Shown piece by piece: positions 20,518-30,088 of a stretch of 64,000 bases of DNA. Position 1 is the first letter of the stretch, and every line of letters starts with the position of its first letter. Where the stretch lies: contig OY764159.1 in assembly GCA_963668175.1 (NCBI GenBank), positions 2,720,001-2,784,000 of the forward strand, read 5' to 3'. Below the pieces are notes generated by a model. The model was not told where the DNA came from. It saw nothing but the letters and a program-made list of their open reading frames with translations, and made no database searches. A program made the position numbers and the translations under genes. The stretch comes from Syntrophales bacterium (lineage in GTDB: Bacteria > Desulfobacterota > Syntrophia > Syntrophales > PHBD01).

Positions 20518-21114
20518 TTACCGCTTTTTGTTGAACTCTATCCAATTTTCAAAATTTCTTTTGAAGTATTCTCTTGAACCAATTTTTGTGCATTCAATAT
20601 AAGACATATTTATCAAATTATATTCATCCTTTTTTAGGATATATCTTTCGTCGAGTTCTTTCTTAATGAGACAATCGAATCTGTCATCTATGAATTCCAA
20701 GTAAGCGGCATGTTGGGGTAAGATTTTTATTTCTCCAAAATTCGGGCTGAGTAACCATAAATATTTTTCAAGTTCTTTACTGAGGGAATCCGATAAATAT
20801 GGGCTTGCCTGAGTTAAATGGTTTTGAAATTTATCAAAATATGAAATATTATATTTGGCGCTAGTGTCCATTGTCATCCGAGAGATTTCATTTGTAAGGT
20901 CCTTATAACTTAGCACCATCTTATTGATTACTTCATATTTTTTTTCATAGAAAATTCTGTCTTTTGTTAGAATATTTTTATAATTTTCAAGCCATATATT
21001 ACCAGCCAGAACCGTAACGACGATGATAATACCTATAAGTAATTTGTCAATAACGATTTTAATAATATCATATTTTAATTTGAGCTTCTCATCTAATAGA
21101 TTATTTTCGTTCAT
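20518..21114 (-). CDS. Hypothetical membrane-anchored protein (AT-rich)
   Basis: 198-aa ORF in low-GC DNA with one TM near the N-terminus. Confidence 0.65.
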   Translation of the reverse strand: MNENNLLDEKLKLKYDIIKIVIDKLLIGIIIVVTVLAGNIWLENYKNILTKDRIFYEKKYEVINKMVLSYKDLTNEISRMTMDTSAKYNISYFDKFQNHLTQASPYLSDSLSKELEKYLWLLSPNFGEIKILPQHAAYLEFIDDRFDCLIKKELDERYILKKDEYNLINMSYIECTKIGSREYFKRNFENWIEFNKKR

Positions 21115-21150
21115 ATGTTTATCAATACGCTAGATAATAAGAATATTAAT

Positions 21151-21351
21151 CTACTTATCACTTTGAGGAAAGTCTGGAACTCTGTGATGACCCGTTTCAT
21201 GTTCAGATGGTGAAGTGCCTGCTGGGGCTGGGGCTGGGGCTGTTCTTGCAGGTTCCGCCGGCTTTTGTTCTTCGGCTTTTTTGCAGCCGTTAATAGAAAT
21301 TATTGCGAGTAAAAACATTGTCGCCATTAATAACAGTATCAATTTTCTCAT
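21151..21351 (-). CDS. Small lipoprotein
   Basis: GGAGG RBS; MRKLILLL...INGC lipobox then Pro/Ala linker. Confidence 0.6.
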   Translation of the reverse strand: MRKLILLLMATMFLLAIISINGCKKAEEQKPAEPARTAPAPAPAGTSPSEHETGHHRVPDFPQSDK

Positions 21352-21511
21352 ATCAGTCTTTCCTCCATGAATGCTTTCATGAAACATTCAATTGCTAAGA
21401 TCAGGTAGACTAAGTTTGAAGTAGCCCCCAATTGAACCGGACACTTTGAATCTGGAAATAAGTTGTAGGAATAGATATAGAGATATTACTACAACCAGAA
21501 AGAAGGTGTTT

Positions 21512-21889
21512 ATGGTTCCTGTAGAAGTGATCGTCGGTGTACAGAGGCGACGTCGCTGGTCGGCTGCCGAGAAGAAGTCGATGGTGCGGGAGGCGGAGCA
21601 GCCGGGAATGAGCATCTCGGCTGTAGCCCGGAAGTATGACATCCATCCGAACCAGTTGTTCCACTGGCGCAGGCTTGCCGAAGAAGGGGCTCTGTCGGCG
21701 GTTGGTGCAGATGAAGGCGTCGTTCCTGCATCGGAAGCCAGAGAACTGAAAAAGCAGATCCGGGAGTTGGAGCGTCTTCTGGGCAAAAAGACAATGGAGG
21801 TGGAGATATTAAGGGAGGCTGTCCGGATTGCCCGTGAAAAAAAACTGATCTCGCGGTTGCCGTTGTTGCCGGAGGACGATTCCCGATGA
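21512..21889 (+). CDS. IS3-family transposase OrfA
   Basis: RRRRWSAAEKK...SAVARKYDIHPNQLFHWRR HTH; A8C slippery run at ~21837-21845 for a -1 frameshift. Confidence 0.92.
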   Translation: MVPVEVIVGVQRRRRWSAAEKKSMVREAEQPGMSISAVARKYDIHPNQLFHWRRLAEEGALSAVGADEGVVPASEARELKKQIRELERLLGKKTMEVEILREAVRIAREKKLISRLPLLPEDDSR

Positions 21890-22734
21890 AGACGGTTGTC
21901 GATACGCTGGACGTTTCCCGTTCCCGGCAGTACGAAAGGCAAGGGAAGGAAGCCGATTCGAGAAGCCGCCATTACAGGAGAGGCGACGATGGCAGATATC
22001 TTCTTCTGATCAGGCAGGTTATTGATAATCGTCCCAGTTACGGCTATCGGAGAGTAACGGCAAGAATCAACAAGCTTCTGGAACGTCAGGGGCATCCGGG
22101 AGTTAATCCCAAACGGATTTATCGTCTCATGAAGATGCACAATCTGCTTCTTCAGCGGCATACGGGTAGGCCGGCAAGGCTTCACGAGGGTAAGGTCACG
22201 ACGAGACGGAGCGATCTTCGTTGGTGTTCCGATGCGTTTGAGATTGCCTGCTGGAATGGGGACCGTCTCCGGGTAGCGTTCAGCATGGATTGTTGCGACA
22301 GGGAAATCATGAGTTATATAGCCACGACAGGGGGCGTATCCGGCGACATGGTCAGGGACTTGATGGCGGAAGCCATTGAGGCCCGTTTCGGTATGATCAA
22401 TCGGCTGCCTCACAGAATCCAGTGGCTGAGCGATAATGGTCCTGCGTACACCGCCAGGGAAACGAAAAGCTTTGGGCAGATGATGGGGCTTGAGGTTTGC
22501 ACGACCCCGTTCTATAGCCCGGAATCGAACGGAATGGCCGAATCCTTTGTCAAGACCTTCAAGAGGGATTATGTTCATCTGAATATCCTGACTGATGCCG
22601 AAACGGTCATGAAGCAACTGCCCGGATGGTTCGTAGACTACAATGAAAACCATCCGCACAAGGGATTGAAAATGATGTCGCCCAGGGAGTATAGGAGACA
22701 TCAAAATAAGTTAGAACAGTGTCCGGTGAAATAG
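21886..22734 (+). CDS. IS3-family transposase OrfB (DDE)
   Basis: YGYRRV, RWCSD, WLSDNG, SPESNGMAESFVKTFKRDY motifs. Confidence 0.95.
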   Translation: MKTVVDTLDVSRSRQYERQGKEADSRSRHYRRGDDGRYLLLIRQVIDNRPSYGYRRVTARINKLLERQGHPGVNPKRIYRLMKMHNLLLQRHTGRPARLHEGKVTTRRSDLRWCSDAFEIACWNGDRLRVAFSMDCCDREIMSYIATTGGVSGDMVRDLMAEAIEARFGMINRLPHRIQWLSDNGPAYTARETKSFGQMMGLEVCTTPFYSPESNGMAESFVKTFKRDYVHLNILTDAETVMKQLPGWFVDYNENHPHKGLKMMSPREYRRHQNKLEQCPVK

Positions 22735-22780
22735 GGGCAACTCCAAAGTTCAGTATGCCCATTATTTGAATAATAAATTA

Positions 22781-24424
22781 CTACCAAGCTGCGAGTTGAG
22801 TTATGGCTACATCAATAGTATTCGATCGAATCTTCAGAAAAGAATTATAGTCATCCTTTAGAGCTGCTTCAAACGCTTCTATTGAAATCAGATTTGAATC
22901 AAGCCATTGTTTAAGATTGTCTCCTGCTGCTCGTTGGACTTGCTTTAAGTAATCAGAGGGGGCTCTACTTGAAATTTGCTTATTACTTACTGAAGTAAGC
23001 ATGATGATATTTGCGAGAGAATTTGGAAGACCATCATCCATACCTTCGTTTTTTAAATAGTCCTGCGGAAAAAAATGGTGATATTCTTTTTGATTAGTCC
23101 ATGCCAGGGACTTACTAACATCAATGTGTTGGCCTGTTAGAATATCAATCGGCATATGATGAGCTAAAATTATTGCAAGGGTTTTCGCATGAGCACTGTC
23201 CGATCGAAAGGGTTTATTGATCCATATGGTGGAATTCGGTCTATATGCGGGTACAATGACTTCGTTTTCTGCACCTGTTGCGAATCTTGAAACTGCTTCT
23301 TTATCACGCGCCATGCTGCCTGTGTTCCATCCAGAGAAATATCCGCTCGAAGCTGTACGCCAAAACCACTTCCTGATTGCACTATATTGCGCGGCATTAG
23401 GTGTGGGGAGCAACCTAAATATCTCTGAGAGAACAACAACTTGATTGGCATAAGGTATGATTGCATCACTAGGAATTCTTATTTGTGTTGTTAAAAAGTC
23501 GATTGTTTTTTCATAAGCAGCTTGGCTGTTTGTTGTTGCTTCTTTTAATACATCGGCCGGGTGTTTGCGGAGGCTATTAATGCTTTCGACCGAAAATCCA
23601 CCTCCCGCAGCGGCGGACATCGTTCTGAGTATGACCTTGCGGTCAAGTCCTCCAAATGACTTGGCGTTTAGTGCTTTCAAAACACTATCGATCGAATCTA
23701 TTAGATCGAAGTTCTGACTCCAAGTTGCAGCGCGCATCAAATCTACAATTGTCAGACGTGTTCCTGTACTATTAATGCGTTCAAAAATCGGGGCCACATC
23801 CTGAATAGACATGTCACCAAGTGTGACAACAGCTACTTTGTAGTCTTTGAATCTATTAAAAAGTGCATCAGCGTTGGCTTTTAGCGTATCTTTGTCTGGT
23901 GCACTGAGCGAGTCTAGGGTTGCGTAGAATTTGTAAAATACGGCTCCGTCCGCAAGTTTATTCATCCGGACTTGATGCTGGGGGGGGTCATCAAGAGTAT
24001 CAAGATGCAAGAATTCACATTTACGAAGATCATATGCTATATTCCATACACTGTTTGGCTCTGTCCCATTCCAGTATAAAGCGCCGCAAATTGCGGAGAG
24101 GCGTTGTTGTCCATCAAGCAAATAATTTACAGGGTAATCGGGACGCGGCAAATCAATTTTCAAATCGGCGATACGATTTTCACTTCGCAACTCCTGTCTA
24201 CTCTGCCAAAGAAGAAGGCTCCCAATGGGATAATTCTGAGCAATCGAATCAAGCAGATCAAGTACTTGCTGTCGTTTCCATATAAAATCGCGCTGAAACT
24301 GTGGTAATAGAATATCGCCAGCTCGTACACGCCGCGCGAGTTCATCAATTCTATCCACGCTAGGTTGTGGATCTTTAGGCACAGGTGCAGTTGGGCCAGA
24401 CTTAGGATGAATATTTTCTGTCAC
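22781..24424 (-). CDS. GmrSD-like protein (DUF262 plus C-terminal HNH-like domain), putative type IV restriction/defence
   Basis: LPQFQRDFIW, YPIGSLLLW, LLDGQQRL, FERINSTG; C-terminal EYHHFFP...SLANIIML...NKQI. Confidence 0.85.
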   Translation of the reverse strand: MTENIHPKSGPTAPVPKDPQPSVDRIDELARRVRAGDILLPQFQRDFIWKRQQVLDLLDSIAQNYPIGSLLLWQSRQELRSENRIADLKIDLPRPDYPVNYLLDGQQRLSAICGALYWNGTEPNSVWNIAYDLRKCEFLHLDTLDDPPQHQVRMNKLADGAVFYKFYATLDSLSAPDKDTLKANADALFNRFKDYKVAVVTLGDMSIQDVAPIFERINSTGTRLTIVDLMRAATWSQNFDLIDSIDSVLKALNAKSFGGLDRKVILRTMSAAAGGGFSVESINSLRKHPADVLKEATTNSQAAYEKTIDFLTTQIRIPSDAIIPYANQVVVLSEIFRLLPTPNAAQYSAIRKWFWRTASSGYFSGWNTGSMARDKEAVSRFATGAENEVIVPAYRPNSTIWINKPFRSDSAHAKTLAIILAHHMPIDILTGQHIDVSKSLAWTNQKEYHHFFPQDYLKNEGMDDGLPNSLANIIMLTSVSNKQISSRAPSDYLKQVQRAAGDNLKQWLDSNLISIEAFEAALKDDYNSFLKIRSNTIDVAITQLAAW

Positions 24425-25324
24425 TAGTCACACTCCTTCTTCAAGTCGCAAAAGACGCAATATGACCTGTAACTAATTATGATCTTTCTTCTATTTGATC
24501 ATAATGGATAATATTTATGAAAACCGTGTATGAATAGTAATGTGTAATTGAAAACAGAATAGTCGTAAAATCACGTGTCATAGAATTCTGAACTTAAATC
24601 CTCCTTTTGTCAAGATAAATATCAGCAAAACCTATTCTAAATAGCTTAAGCTCCTTTAAAAAATACCGAATCGTCATCGGAATTTAGGGTACTCAACGCC
24701 GGGTGGATGGTTAATCAAAATCGAAGCAAAAGGGTGAGATGGCGCGGGCGTGAAGTTGGGATTTGCTTAATCAACGCCGTTTAGCTTAACCAACAGGCTT
24801 CCTTTGCTTATCCAAAGGTCCAACCAAAACGGAAGCAAATTTTAAAAATTTGGTTAACTTTTGCTTAAGCAGCGCTTCCAAAACCTTGTCAAGAGGCAAT
24901 GATATATCGTTTGCCGGCCTCTGCCGGCCCCACGCGGTCATCCTTGAAGGGTCGGAAAAAAGAGGGCATATAATGTTTTTAGGTTCAGGCAGGGCGAAAA
25001 AGAGGGACAAAGAGAGGGTAAGCAAGCGTAAGGCGTTAGGCGGTTATGGGGGAGGAAGGGTGAGAAGGCGAAGCGCACTGCTGAAAGGCTTCCGCAGGGT
25101 TTTGGTGATCCTTCCGTCTTCATGAATGATCAAAAAAACGCGCGCCCGATTTCAGCGAAAACCCCGCCACCCCCGAAAACGCATTTTTAACCGGATTTCT
25201 ACTTTTCCCCGACAAAATCGCTCCGCAAACCCTCCGCCGGGGAGGAAAAAAGTTTTGACTTTTTCGGACTCCCTCCGCCGTCTCGAAGATAAAAAATCCC
25301 CCCGCAGTATATATCGGGCTTTAT

Positions 25325-25516
25325 TTAATCGGCGCTATTCGGTATTTCTAATTTTCCTTTCTTTTTATTTGATATAAAATCACTCTTTTCTGTTGTTTCT
25401 AAATTGAGCGGGATCTGGTCCGTCCCTGCTTTTTTTTGCCATCCCCCTTTATTCCAATCGCCTTTATTCCAAGGTTGATCATTTGATCCGCCTGTTTTCT
25501 TATTCTTGGCAGCCAT
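25325..25516 (-). CDS. Small hypothetical protein (3' end may be affected by poor sequence)
   Basis: AGGAGG RBS, translationally coupled to the upstream lipoprotein; runs into a homopolymer-rich stretch. Confidence 0.4.
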   Translation of the reverse strand: MAAKNKKTGGSNDQPWNKGDWNKGGWQKKAGTDQIPLNLETTEKSDFISNKKKGKLEIPNSAD

Positions 25517-25530
25517 TAGACGGCACCTCC

Positions 25531-27261
25531 TTAAATGATTTTATTGATTGCCTCAATTTTTTTGAAGAAATCATCTATTTCTCTTGCGGCTTCTTTCACC
25601 TTTTTAGAATGGTCCTGCAATTTATTGTTCTCTGCCTCGCTTTTAGCCTGATATAAATTGTATTCCGCTGTCCATAACTTCTTTTCTGATTCTGTGCCGG
25701 TCTTTCTTGTATCTTTCATAAGCGCGACGTACTCTTGTTCAATTTTATCAATCTTTGCCTTTTCATTATCGGTTATCAAGGAATTACCTTCTGATATTAC
25801 TACATCGGCTTTTTCTATCAGGCCTTTCTTTTCCTTAGCAAGTTGTTCATTATTGCTTGGCATGGTTTTTGTGCTCAAATCGCTCTTTTTTTTCGCTAGA
25901 ATCTTTAGATCGTCACTCAGTAAATTATATGCCAGTTGGGGAAAAATTGCCTCTTTCATTTTAACGTCCTCTGCAATCTGGTGTTTTGCTAGATCGAGTT
26001 TTTTAGTCTCAATTTCAAGTGTTTTGAACTTTAGTGCGTATCGATTATCCTGTGCTTTCGAAATAAATTTCTCAAGGTTCATAACACAATGCTCGGAAAG
26101 TAAGGTCCCTTTGGTGTTGAGGCTGCTTGCCAGGAAGAAAGGGCGTGATTTTACTGCATCCACCCATTGACTCAAATCTTTCCTTTCGTTATTCAAGCCC
26201 TCTTTTTCCTTATCTTTCAAAGCTTGTTTTTTAAACTCTGAGATCTGATCGATCGAGAGATTTAAATAAGCTCTGTCTTCAGAAGATTGTAATTTCCAAC
26301 CACCAAGCTCGATTAAACATGCCGAAATATAGGCTTGTTCAATATCCTTTTCGATAAAAGTTTTATGCATTTCTCCTAATATCTTTGCAGTATCAGCATC
26401 ATGTTTTGGAGTAAGGCCGCCCATCGCTATTAGTTGGCTCACCTCAGAAGCCGATTTACTGGTTGTGTCAATTTGTACGCTCAATTTCTGTATGATAGCA
26501 TTCTTTTCTACGTTGGCTGCATCCAATTCTGCCTTCTTTGCATCGCGTTCAGCCTTTAATTGGTTTTTTTTTGGATCAGCATCAGTCGCGTCAGTATATG
26601 CTTTGTCAGCAGCTTTGTAGGCGTCATCTTTCTCTTTGACTTTTTGTTGTGCCGCGTCGAGCTCTGCTTTGGCCTTATCAATATCTTTCAGCATTTCGGG
26701 AAAGCCGACTAATTTAGCTTGAGCTTCAGCGTTCGCTTTTAATCCTATTGCCGCGCCTGTTCTACCGAAAGCTCCACCTGCAACCTCACCGAGGATTAGC
26801 GTTACCAGCAAATCGTCCAATCGGCTCGTTCGCAAGCTATACGTCGTACCGGTGATTGCTCCGTTGGCATAGTCTAGGCACGCCTGATATCCCTGATGCA
26901 GTAACGCTTGAATAGCCGTAGTCCGTTCAGCGAGTTGGGCTATAGCTTCAGCTTGACTGCCGGAAAGACTTGCGCTGCCGTAATTTAAAACGCTGATACC
27001 GAACCCGAATGAGCTTGCGAGTGCTGCTGCGACAATCGGGCCTGGTTCTGTACATGTAATTACGTTTGGATCAACTCTTCCGGGGCGTGATGCTATGCCG
27101 GGTTTCATATGTGTGATCATCCGAAGCCTGGCATCCGTTGCTATTCCTTGGCCGTCTTCCAAAACCTTCACTTCTTTCAGATCCCCTTTGGGAGCCGTGG
27201 CACAGCCGGAATGCAAGGCTATGAAAAAAATAATGCTAAAACCGATTTTCACTCTCCTCAT
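25531..27261 (-). CDS. Large coiled-coil lipoprotein, uncharacterised
   Basis: LHSGC lipobox; CTEPGP...QACLDYANGAI region; long Lys/Glu/Ala heptad stretches. Confidence 0.75.
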   Translation of the reverse strand: MRRVKIGFSIIFFIALHSGCATAPKGDLKEVKVLEDGQGIATDARLRMITHMKPGIASRPGRVDPNVITCTEPGPIVAAALASSFGFGISVLNYGSASLSGSQAEAIAQLAERTTAIQALLHQGYQACLDYANGAITGTTYSLRTSRLDDLLVTLILGEVAGGAFGRTGAAIGLKANAEAQAKLVGFPEMLKDIDKAKAELDAAQQKVKEKDDAYKAADKAYTDATDADPKKNQLKAERDAKKAELDAANVEKNAIIQKLSVQIDTTSKSASEVSQLIAMGGLTPKHDADTAKILGEMHKTFIEKDIEQAYISACLIELGGWKLQSSEDRAYLNLSIDQISEFKKQALKDKEKEGLNNERKDLSQWVDAVKSRPFFLASSLNTKGTLLSEHCVMNLEKFISKAQDNRYALKFKTLEIETKKLDLAKHQIAEDVKMKEAIFPQLAYNLLSDDLKILAKKKSDLSTKTMPSNNEQLAKEKKGLIEKADVVISEGNSLITDNEKAKIDKIEQEYVALMKDTRKTGTESEKKLWTAEYNLYQAKSEAENNKLQDHSKKVKEAAREIDDFFKKIEAINKII

Positions 27262-27795
27262 GGCACTTCCTCCCTTTATGAGATGGGTTTTGTAGGAGAT
27301 CGACGTTCGTAAATTCCTTCCCTTGATTATGATCTTTTAAAAAACACGAATTACTTGCGTATATATCTGCAACAAGATGGGATTTCGCAGTTACTTCATT
27401 TTTCTTACGAGCGAAGGGTTTATAAAGTCGGTTTATATATTGAAAAAAATTACAGGATCGGAATACGCATGCGAATAGAATAGGAAAGAGTCACGCAACA
27501 GAAGTGTTAAAGTTAATTTCATTCAAGCGTAAAATAACGAAATTGTCAAGATTAATATAGTTATATTAAGTTATCAATATGAGTATAACACCTCGTAATA
27601 TGTGCATTAGCCGCACATTATCACCCCTGTAGAGAATAAGATGAATTCCCTCTCGTAAAATCCCCTCTTATAAATCCCCCCCCCGAAAAAACTTTTTTTT
27701 GTCACCGCTTGAATGGCACCCCTTGAGCGGCACGCCTGATGGCACCCTACATGGCAGTTTGGCAGGCTTTTCCGGCATCTGCTAGCATTCCTCCC

Positions 27796-28239
27796 ATGGC
27801 AAGGAAAGCAACCGAAACAGCCCAGGCAAACGCCGACGACTTCAGGGCCCTGGCCTCGCAGAAGGGCCTCACGCCCGCGAAACTGATCGAGGAGCTTGCC
27901 GTCATCGCCACGGCGGACATCGCCGACTTCGTTACCGTAAGCGAGGACGGGGCTCTTCAGGCGAAACCCCTGACGGAATTGAAAGGCGCCAGCCGCGCCG
28001 TCCGAAAGATCAGGGAAAAAACCGTCATTACGGAAAAGGCCGACGGCTCCGTCCTCACGAAAACAAGCACGCTCGAATACGAGCTGCACCCGAAGCTGGA
28101 AGCCATCGACGCCGGTTTGAAGATTCACGGCATGAAGGCGCCGGAGAAGCGCGAGGTGAGCGCGGAGCTGAAAGCCGCCGCCGATCTCCCCCCGGCGATG
28201 AAGTCCGCCCTCGACGAAATCTACATCAAGGCATCATGA
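27796..28239 (+). CDS. Terminase small subunit
   Basis: LIEELAVIATADIADFV...ELHPKLEAIDAG; overlaps the TerL start. Confidence 0.8.
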   Translation: MARKATETAQANADDFRALASQKGLTPAKLIEELAVIATADIADFVTVSEDGALQAKPLTELKGASRAVRKIREKTVITEKADGSVLTKTSTLEYELHPKLEAIDAGLKIHGMKAPEKREVSAELKAAADLPPAMKSALDEIYIKAS

Positions 28240-29780
28240 CGCGAAAAGAAGCCCACGTAAGTTACAAGAAACTCTTCTCCGCCTGCCGGAGCGACAAGGC
28301 CCGGAACGCCCTGTTCCGCGAGCTATGCCTCCGGGACCTTTTTTTCCTCCTCGCCTACGGCCTGGGGCGCCGGGACGTGGACCGCGACTGGACCTACGAC
28401 CGGTGCCGCGAGGTCGAGGCGGAGCCCGACGGCCGCCTGGACCTGTGGGCGCGCGAGCATTACAAGTCCACCATCATCACCTTCGGCCTCACCATCCGCG
28501 ACATCCTGAACGACCCGGAGATCACCGTCGGCATCTTCTCCCACACGCGGCCCATCGCGAAGGGGTTCCTGCGCCAGATCAAGCAGGAGTTCGAGACGAA
28601 CGTGAAGCTCAAGGGCCTCTTTCCCGAGATCCTCTGGGAGAACGCCAAGCAGGCGGCGAAATGGTCCGAGGACGACGGCATCACCGTCCGGCGCGCATCG
28701 AACCCGAAGGAGGCGACCGTCGAGGCCTGGGGCCTCGTGGACGGCCAGCCGACCTCGAAACATTTCAGGCTCCTCGTCTACGACGACGTCGTCACGCGCG
28801 AGTCCGTCACGACGCCGGACCAGATCGCCAAGGTGAACAAGGCCTGGGAGCTGTCGCTCAACCTGGGCTCCGAGGGCGGCCGCCGGCGCTACATCGGCAC
28901 GCGCTACCATTACAACGATACCTACAAGCTCATCATGGACCGCCGCGCCGCCGTCCCCCGCATCCATCCCGCGACGAAGGACGGCAAGCCGACGGGCAAA
29001 GCGGTGCTCCTCACGAAGGAAATCCTCGAGGAGAAGCGCCGCGACATGGGGCCCTACACCTTCGCCTGCCAGCTTCTCCTGGACCCCCGGGCGGACGACG
29101 TCCAGGGCTTCAAGCTCGACTGGCTTAAAACGTGGCCCGCCCAGAACCACTCGCATCTCAACAAGATCGTCCTTTGCGACCCGGCGGGCGAGAAGAAAAA
29201 GGAGAACGACTACACCGTCGCGATGGTCATAGGCCTCGGCGAGGACGAAAATTATTACGTCGTCGACATGGTCCGCGACAGGCTGTCCCTCACGGAGCGC
29301 GGCAACCTGATCATGAAGCTCCACCGCGAGTACCGGCCGACCTTCGTCGGCTACGAGAAATACGGGAAGGACTCGGACATCGAGTTCATCCAGTTCCTCC
29401 AGGAGCGCGACAATTACCGCTTCGGCGTCACGGCCCTGAAGGGGGCGCTGCCCAAGAACGACCGCATCCGCAAGCTGATCCCGCTCTTCGAGCAGGGCCG
29501 CGTCTATCTGCCGGACCACTGCATCAAGACAAGCTACGACGGCCGGACGGAAGACCTCGTCCGCGTCTTCGCGAACGAGGAGTACCTGGCCTTTCCGGTG
29601 CCCGTCCACGACGACATGCTCGACTGCCTGGCGCGGATCATGGACCCGGACTGCACGCGGGATTTCCCGTCCCGCCGCGACGCCTCCTACGAGGAACGGG
29701 CCGCGGACACGTGGCTCGACGGCTTCGGCGGCAGGCGGCGCGACGAGGCCGAATACCACTACGACATCTATGCGAGGTGA
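28236..29780 (+). CDS. Terminase large subunit
   Basis: WAREHYKST Walker A-like, LLVYDDVV Walker B, IGTRYH, CDPA...DYT nuclease, HDDMLDCLA. Confidence 0.93.
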   Translation: MTRKEAHVSYKKLFSACRSDKARNALFRELCLRDLFFLLAYGLGRRDVDRDWTYDRCREVEAEPDGRLDLWAREHYKSTIITFGLTIRDILNDPEITVGIFSHTRPIAKGFLRQIKQEFETNVKLKGLFPEILWENAKQAAKWSEDDGITVRRASNPKEATVEAWGLVDGQPTSKHFRLLVYDDVVTRESVTTPDQIAKVNKAWELSLNLGSEGGRRRYIGTRYHYNDTYKLIMDRRAAVPRIHPATKDGKPTGKAVLLTKEILEEKRRDMGPYTFACQLLLDPRADDVQGFKLDWLKTWPAQNHSHLNKIVLCDPAGEKKKENDYTVAMVIGLGEDENYYVVDMVRDRLSLTERGNLIMKLHREYRPTFVGYEKYGKDSDIEFIQFLQERDNYRFGVTALKGALPKNDRIRKLIPLFEQGRVYLPDHCIKTSYDGRTEDLVRVFANEEYLAFPVPVHDDMLDCLARIMDPDCTRDFPSRRDASYEERAADTWLDGFGGRRRDEAEYHYDIYAR

Positions 29781-29783
29781 ATC

Positions 29784-30080
29784 ATGAGTTTAGGTTCCGC
29801 GAACTGGTTATGGATACGGCAGGCCCTTGACAGCAATCCCGATCCCATCCCCCCGCCTCCGCCCGCGCCGGTGATCACGGTCCCGGAAGTCAAGGAGCCG
29901 GAAACGCCGGACAAGTCCGTTTCGGAAACGAACGCCGGCATCGCCGACGAAAAACGCCGGGTGCTGGCCGCGCTCCCCAAGGCGACGAAAACGGTCCTGG
30001 ACCAGACGGGCGACCAGGGGAAGGTGAAAAGGAAGACGCTCCTCGGGGCGGGCGGCGCGGGAAGCGCCACACTCGGATGA
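29784..30080 (+). CDS. Small virion protein (T7 gp7.3-like position)
   Basis: Pro-rich with KRKTLLG motif, immediately before the portal. Confidence 0.6.
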   Translation: MSLGSANWLWIRQALDSNPDPIPPPPPAPVITVPEVKEPETPDKSVSETNAGIADEKRRVLAALPKATKTVLDQTGDQGKVKRKTLLGAGGAGSATLG

Positions 30081-30088
30081 GGTGTAAC

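Larger units (their letters stand above)
21417..22745 (+). mobile_element. Complete IS3-family (IS2-like) insertion sequence, 1329 bp
   Basis: IRL TGAAGTAGCCCCCAATTGAACCGGACACT; IRR (reverse complement) TGGAGTTGCCCCTATTTCACCGGACACT; 5-bp target duplication AAGTT at 21412-21416 and 22746-22750. Confidence 0.95.
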
